A stretch of 64,000 bases of DNA, taken from assembly GCA_963792895.1 (NCBI GenBank), contig CAWBYA010000007.1, forward strand, positions 986,305 to 1,050,304, in the 5' to 3' direction. Under the pieces are notes generated by a model. The model was not told the DNA's origin. It worked only from the letters and a program-made list of their open reading frames with translations, and did no database searches. The stretch's first letter is position 1, and every line of letters starts with the position of its first letter. The position numbers and the translations under genes were made by a program. This DNA is from an uncultured Acidimicrobiia bacterium. Its GTDB lineage: Bacteria; Actinomycetota; Acidimicrobiia; Spongiisociales; UBA5794. Of the stretch, positions 62,109 through 64,000 are shown piece by piece.

Positions 62109-63137
62109 ATGGGAGAGGCGCCGCTGCCGACCCCCGGCATCAGCGACGCTCCGCCGACGAGGATGCGAGCGATCGTGCAGGACACGTATGGCCGTCCCGA
62201 CGTCCTGGAGCTGAAGGGAGTGGATACGCCCACCCCGGACGACGACCAAGTGCTGATTCGCGTCGTCGCATCGTCGCTCAACGTCTACGACTGGCACATG
62301 ACCACCGGGACGCCCTACATGGCACGCGCCGTGGCCGGGCTCACCAAGCCCAAGCATCCGATACCCGGTGCGGATGTCGCCGGTGTCGTGGTGCGCATTG
62401 GCAAGAACGTCTCGGGCTTCCGGGTCGGTGACGAGGTGTTCGGCGACATCGGCTACGGCGCGTTTGCCGAATACGCGGTAGCCAACCCGAAGTCCATCAC
62501 CATCAAGCCGGGGAGTATCTCCTTCGAACAGGCCGCCGCCGTACCTCTCGCTGCGCTGACGGCACTGCAGGGGCTGCGCGACGTGGGAGGCATCGAGGCC
62601 GGACAGAAGGTTCTCGTCAACGGCGCATCCGGCGGGGTCGGCACCTTTGCCGTACAGATCGCCAAGTCCTTTGGGACGGAGGTGACGGCGGTGTGCAGCA
62701 CCACCAAGGTCGACATGGCCAGGTCGATCGGCGCCGACCACGTCATCGACTACACGGCGGCTGACTACGTCGCAACTGAGCGGGGGTACGACATCTTGTT
62801 CGACAACGCAGGGAACCGGCCGTGGTCGCAAACCAGTCGGGTTCTCGAGCCGGGCGGGATCAACGTGACGATCACCGGACCGAAGCACGCTTGGCTCGGC
62901 CCGTTCCGCAATCTCCTGGGGCGCAAGCTCGCTGCGATGTTCGGGAGCAAACGAATGACGTGGTTCACCGCACAGGTGAAGCGCGAGGACCTCGAGCTCG
63001 TGGCGAACCTGCTCGAGTCGGGAGCGGTGGCGCCCGTCATCGAGGCGACCTACCCGTTGGAGAAGCTCCCGGATGCCCTCCGCTACCTGGGCGAAGGGCA
63101 TGCGCACGGCAAGCTGGTCATCACGATCTCGACGTGA
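62109..63137 (+). CDS. MDR-superfamily NAD(P)H quinone oxidoreductase
   Basis: MRAIVQDTYGRPDVLELK...NVYDWHMTTGTPYMARAVAG...GASGGVGTFAVQIAK; paralogous to 60174..61208. Confidence 0.8.
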   Translation: MGEAPLPTPGISDAPPTRMRAIVQDTYGRPDVLELKGVDTPTPDDDQVLIRVVASSLNVYDWHMTTGTPYMARAVAGLTKPKHPIPGADVAGVVVRIGKNVSGFRVGDEVFGDIGYGAFAEYAVANPKSITIKPGSISFEQAAAVPLAALTALQGLRDVGGIEAGQKVLVNGASGGVGTFAVQIAKSFGTEVTAVCSTTKVDMARSIGADHVIDYTAADYVATERGYDILFDNAGNRPWSQTSRVLEPGGINVTITGPKHAWLGPFRNLLGRKLAAMFGSKRMTWFTAQVKREDLELVANLLESGAVAPVIEATYPLEKLPDALRYLGEGHAHGKLVITIST

Positions 63138-63290
63138 GCGCCCGCGTCCCATCGTGCGGCAGTCGGCGCGATCCGGTCCGGAGGTGGTCGGCGTCTGGCG
63201 TGCCCCGGTACCCCGAAGGCGCAACGGCGTGGCGGCTGGGGGGGGCGACTGAACCTGCGAGGATCCGTCCATTGGCACAAGGAGGTCGCC

Positions 63291-63932
63291 ATGGTCACGC
63301 AACAACAGCCCTACCCGGCCCGGCTGGAGGTCGACTATCCGGAGCAGCTCGACAGGGTCACGACGTTCTTTCGTCTCGTCTGGATCATCCCGATCGCCAT
63401 CATCTGGGGACTGCTCTCGGCGGTGGCGAGTTGGACGGTCGTCACGGAGACCGGAGAGGCCATCAGCAAGTCGAGCGGAGGAATCGCCGGCGGCCTCTTC
63501 GGGGCGACGCTGCTGATGATCCTGTTCAGGCGGCGGTATCCGCGTTGGTGGTTCGATTTCGCACGAGAGCTCGCACGCTTTGGGGCGAGGATCGCCGCCT
63601 ATTTCGCGCTGCTCACGGATCGATATCCCTCCACGGTGGAGGAGCAGTCGGTGCATCTCGAGATCGACTACCCGGACGTCGAGCGCGATCTCAACCGGTG
63701 GCTGCCGCTGGTGAAGTGGTTCCTGGCGATCCCGCACTACATCGTGCTGCTGGCCTTGATCGCCGGTGCGTTCTTTGCGTGGATCGGCGCGTGGTTCGCC
63801 ATCCTTCTCACGGGGCGGTACCCGCGGGCGCTCTTCGACTACATCGTCGGTGTCGGTCGATGGGGTCTCAGGGTGGAGGCGTATGCCTTCCTGCTGGTGA
63901 CCGACCGCTACCCGCCGTTCAGCCTCGAGTGA
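63291..63932 (+). CDS. DUF4389 domain membrane protein
   Basis: Duplicated RYP...W motif blocks (FRRRYPRWWFDF; LTGRYPRALFDY; VTDRYPPF) are typical of DUF4389. Confidence 0.6.
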   Translation: MVTQQQPYPARLEVDYPEQLDRVTTFFRLVWIIPIAIIWGLLSAVASWTVVTETGEAISKSSGGIAGGLFGATLLMILFRRRYPRWWFDFARELARFGARIAAYFALLTDRYPSTVEEQSVHLEIDYPDVERDLNRWLPLVKWFLAIPHYIVLLALIAGAFFAWIGAWFAILLTGRYPRALFDYIVGVGRWGLRVEAYAFLLVTDRYPPFSLE

Positions 63933-64000
63933 ACGCGAGCCGCGCTCGCCAGACACCTCGACGCGAGCCTCGTAACACCTCCCTGCGCGAGACGCGTTGT

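Noticed and set aside
62034-63956. 640-aa minus-strand ORF
   Set aside because: Antisense to the MDR oxidoreductase and DUF4389 genes.

Overview
High-GC (about 68-70% by eye) actinobacterial chromosomal segment, read from sequence and ORF track only; no searches were run. Synteny of a UPF0182 membrane protein next to a PDZ/Lon-type protease resembles the mycobacterial Rv3193c-Rv3194c neighbourhood.

The window opens with a glycogen cluster, glgB(3' end)-glgC on the plus strand and glgA-glgX on the minus strand. It then runs through housekeeping and envelope genes: hotdog thioesterase, BioY, sortase, PDZ/Lon protease, a DivIVA-domain protein with a long Pro-Glu repeat, UPF0182, MgtC, and a beta-propeller lipoprotein. 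A copper module follows (cupredoxin/beta-helix lipoprotein plus a Tat multicopper oxidase), then an ArsR-SRPBCC regulator, a GH97 glycosidase, and an ECF sigma/anti-sigma pair.

An initiator tRNA-fMet at about 27.58 kb carries an integrated element of about 10.8 kb (27.66-38.43 kb). The element is bounded by a 48-bp direct repeat of the tRNA 3' half. It encodes a tyrosine integrase, a 5'-truncated MobF/TraA-like relaxase remnant, a GNAT/DUF1778 toxin-antitoxin pair, a membrane-anchored class III nucleotidyl cyclase, an MNT/HepT pair whose toxin carries an in-frame amber codon, and several orphan ORFs.

Downstream is one long minus-strand operon (histidine kinase, LuxR response regulator, two ABC-2 transporters, a 57-aa membrane peptide). 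After it come an MFS transporter and a second, about 260-bp copy of the relaxase 3' end. Then follow an alkyltransferase-like protein beside a UvrA paralog, a GH13 enzyme, TetR-regulated oxidoreductases sharing a CGTACTAAGTACG palindrome operator, and DUF4386/DUF4389 membrane proteins.

The most notable single observation is a candidate selenoprotein at 17381..17914 on the minus strand. It is a PRXL2/AhpC-TSA-like thioredoxin-fold ORF with an in-frame TGA that gives the motif FGU-LT-C, where a CxxC redox motif is expected, and a perfect 6-bp-stem hairpin follows the TGA immediately.

There are at least five apparent single-base frameshifts at short homopolymer runs (glgC, the DivIVA-like gene, GH97, the relaxase remnant and its second copy). 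This suggests indel errors in the assembly rather than biology, and it cautions the interpretation of the unbroken GlgX-GlgA reading frame.
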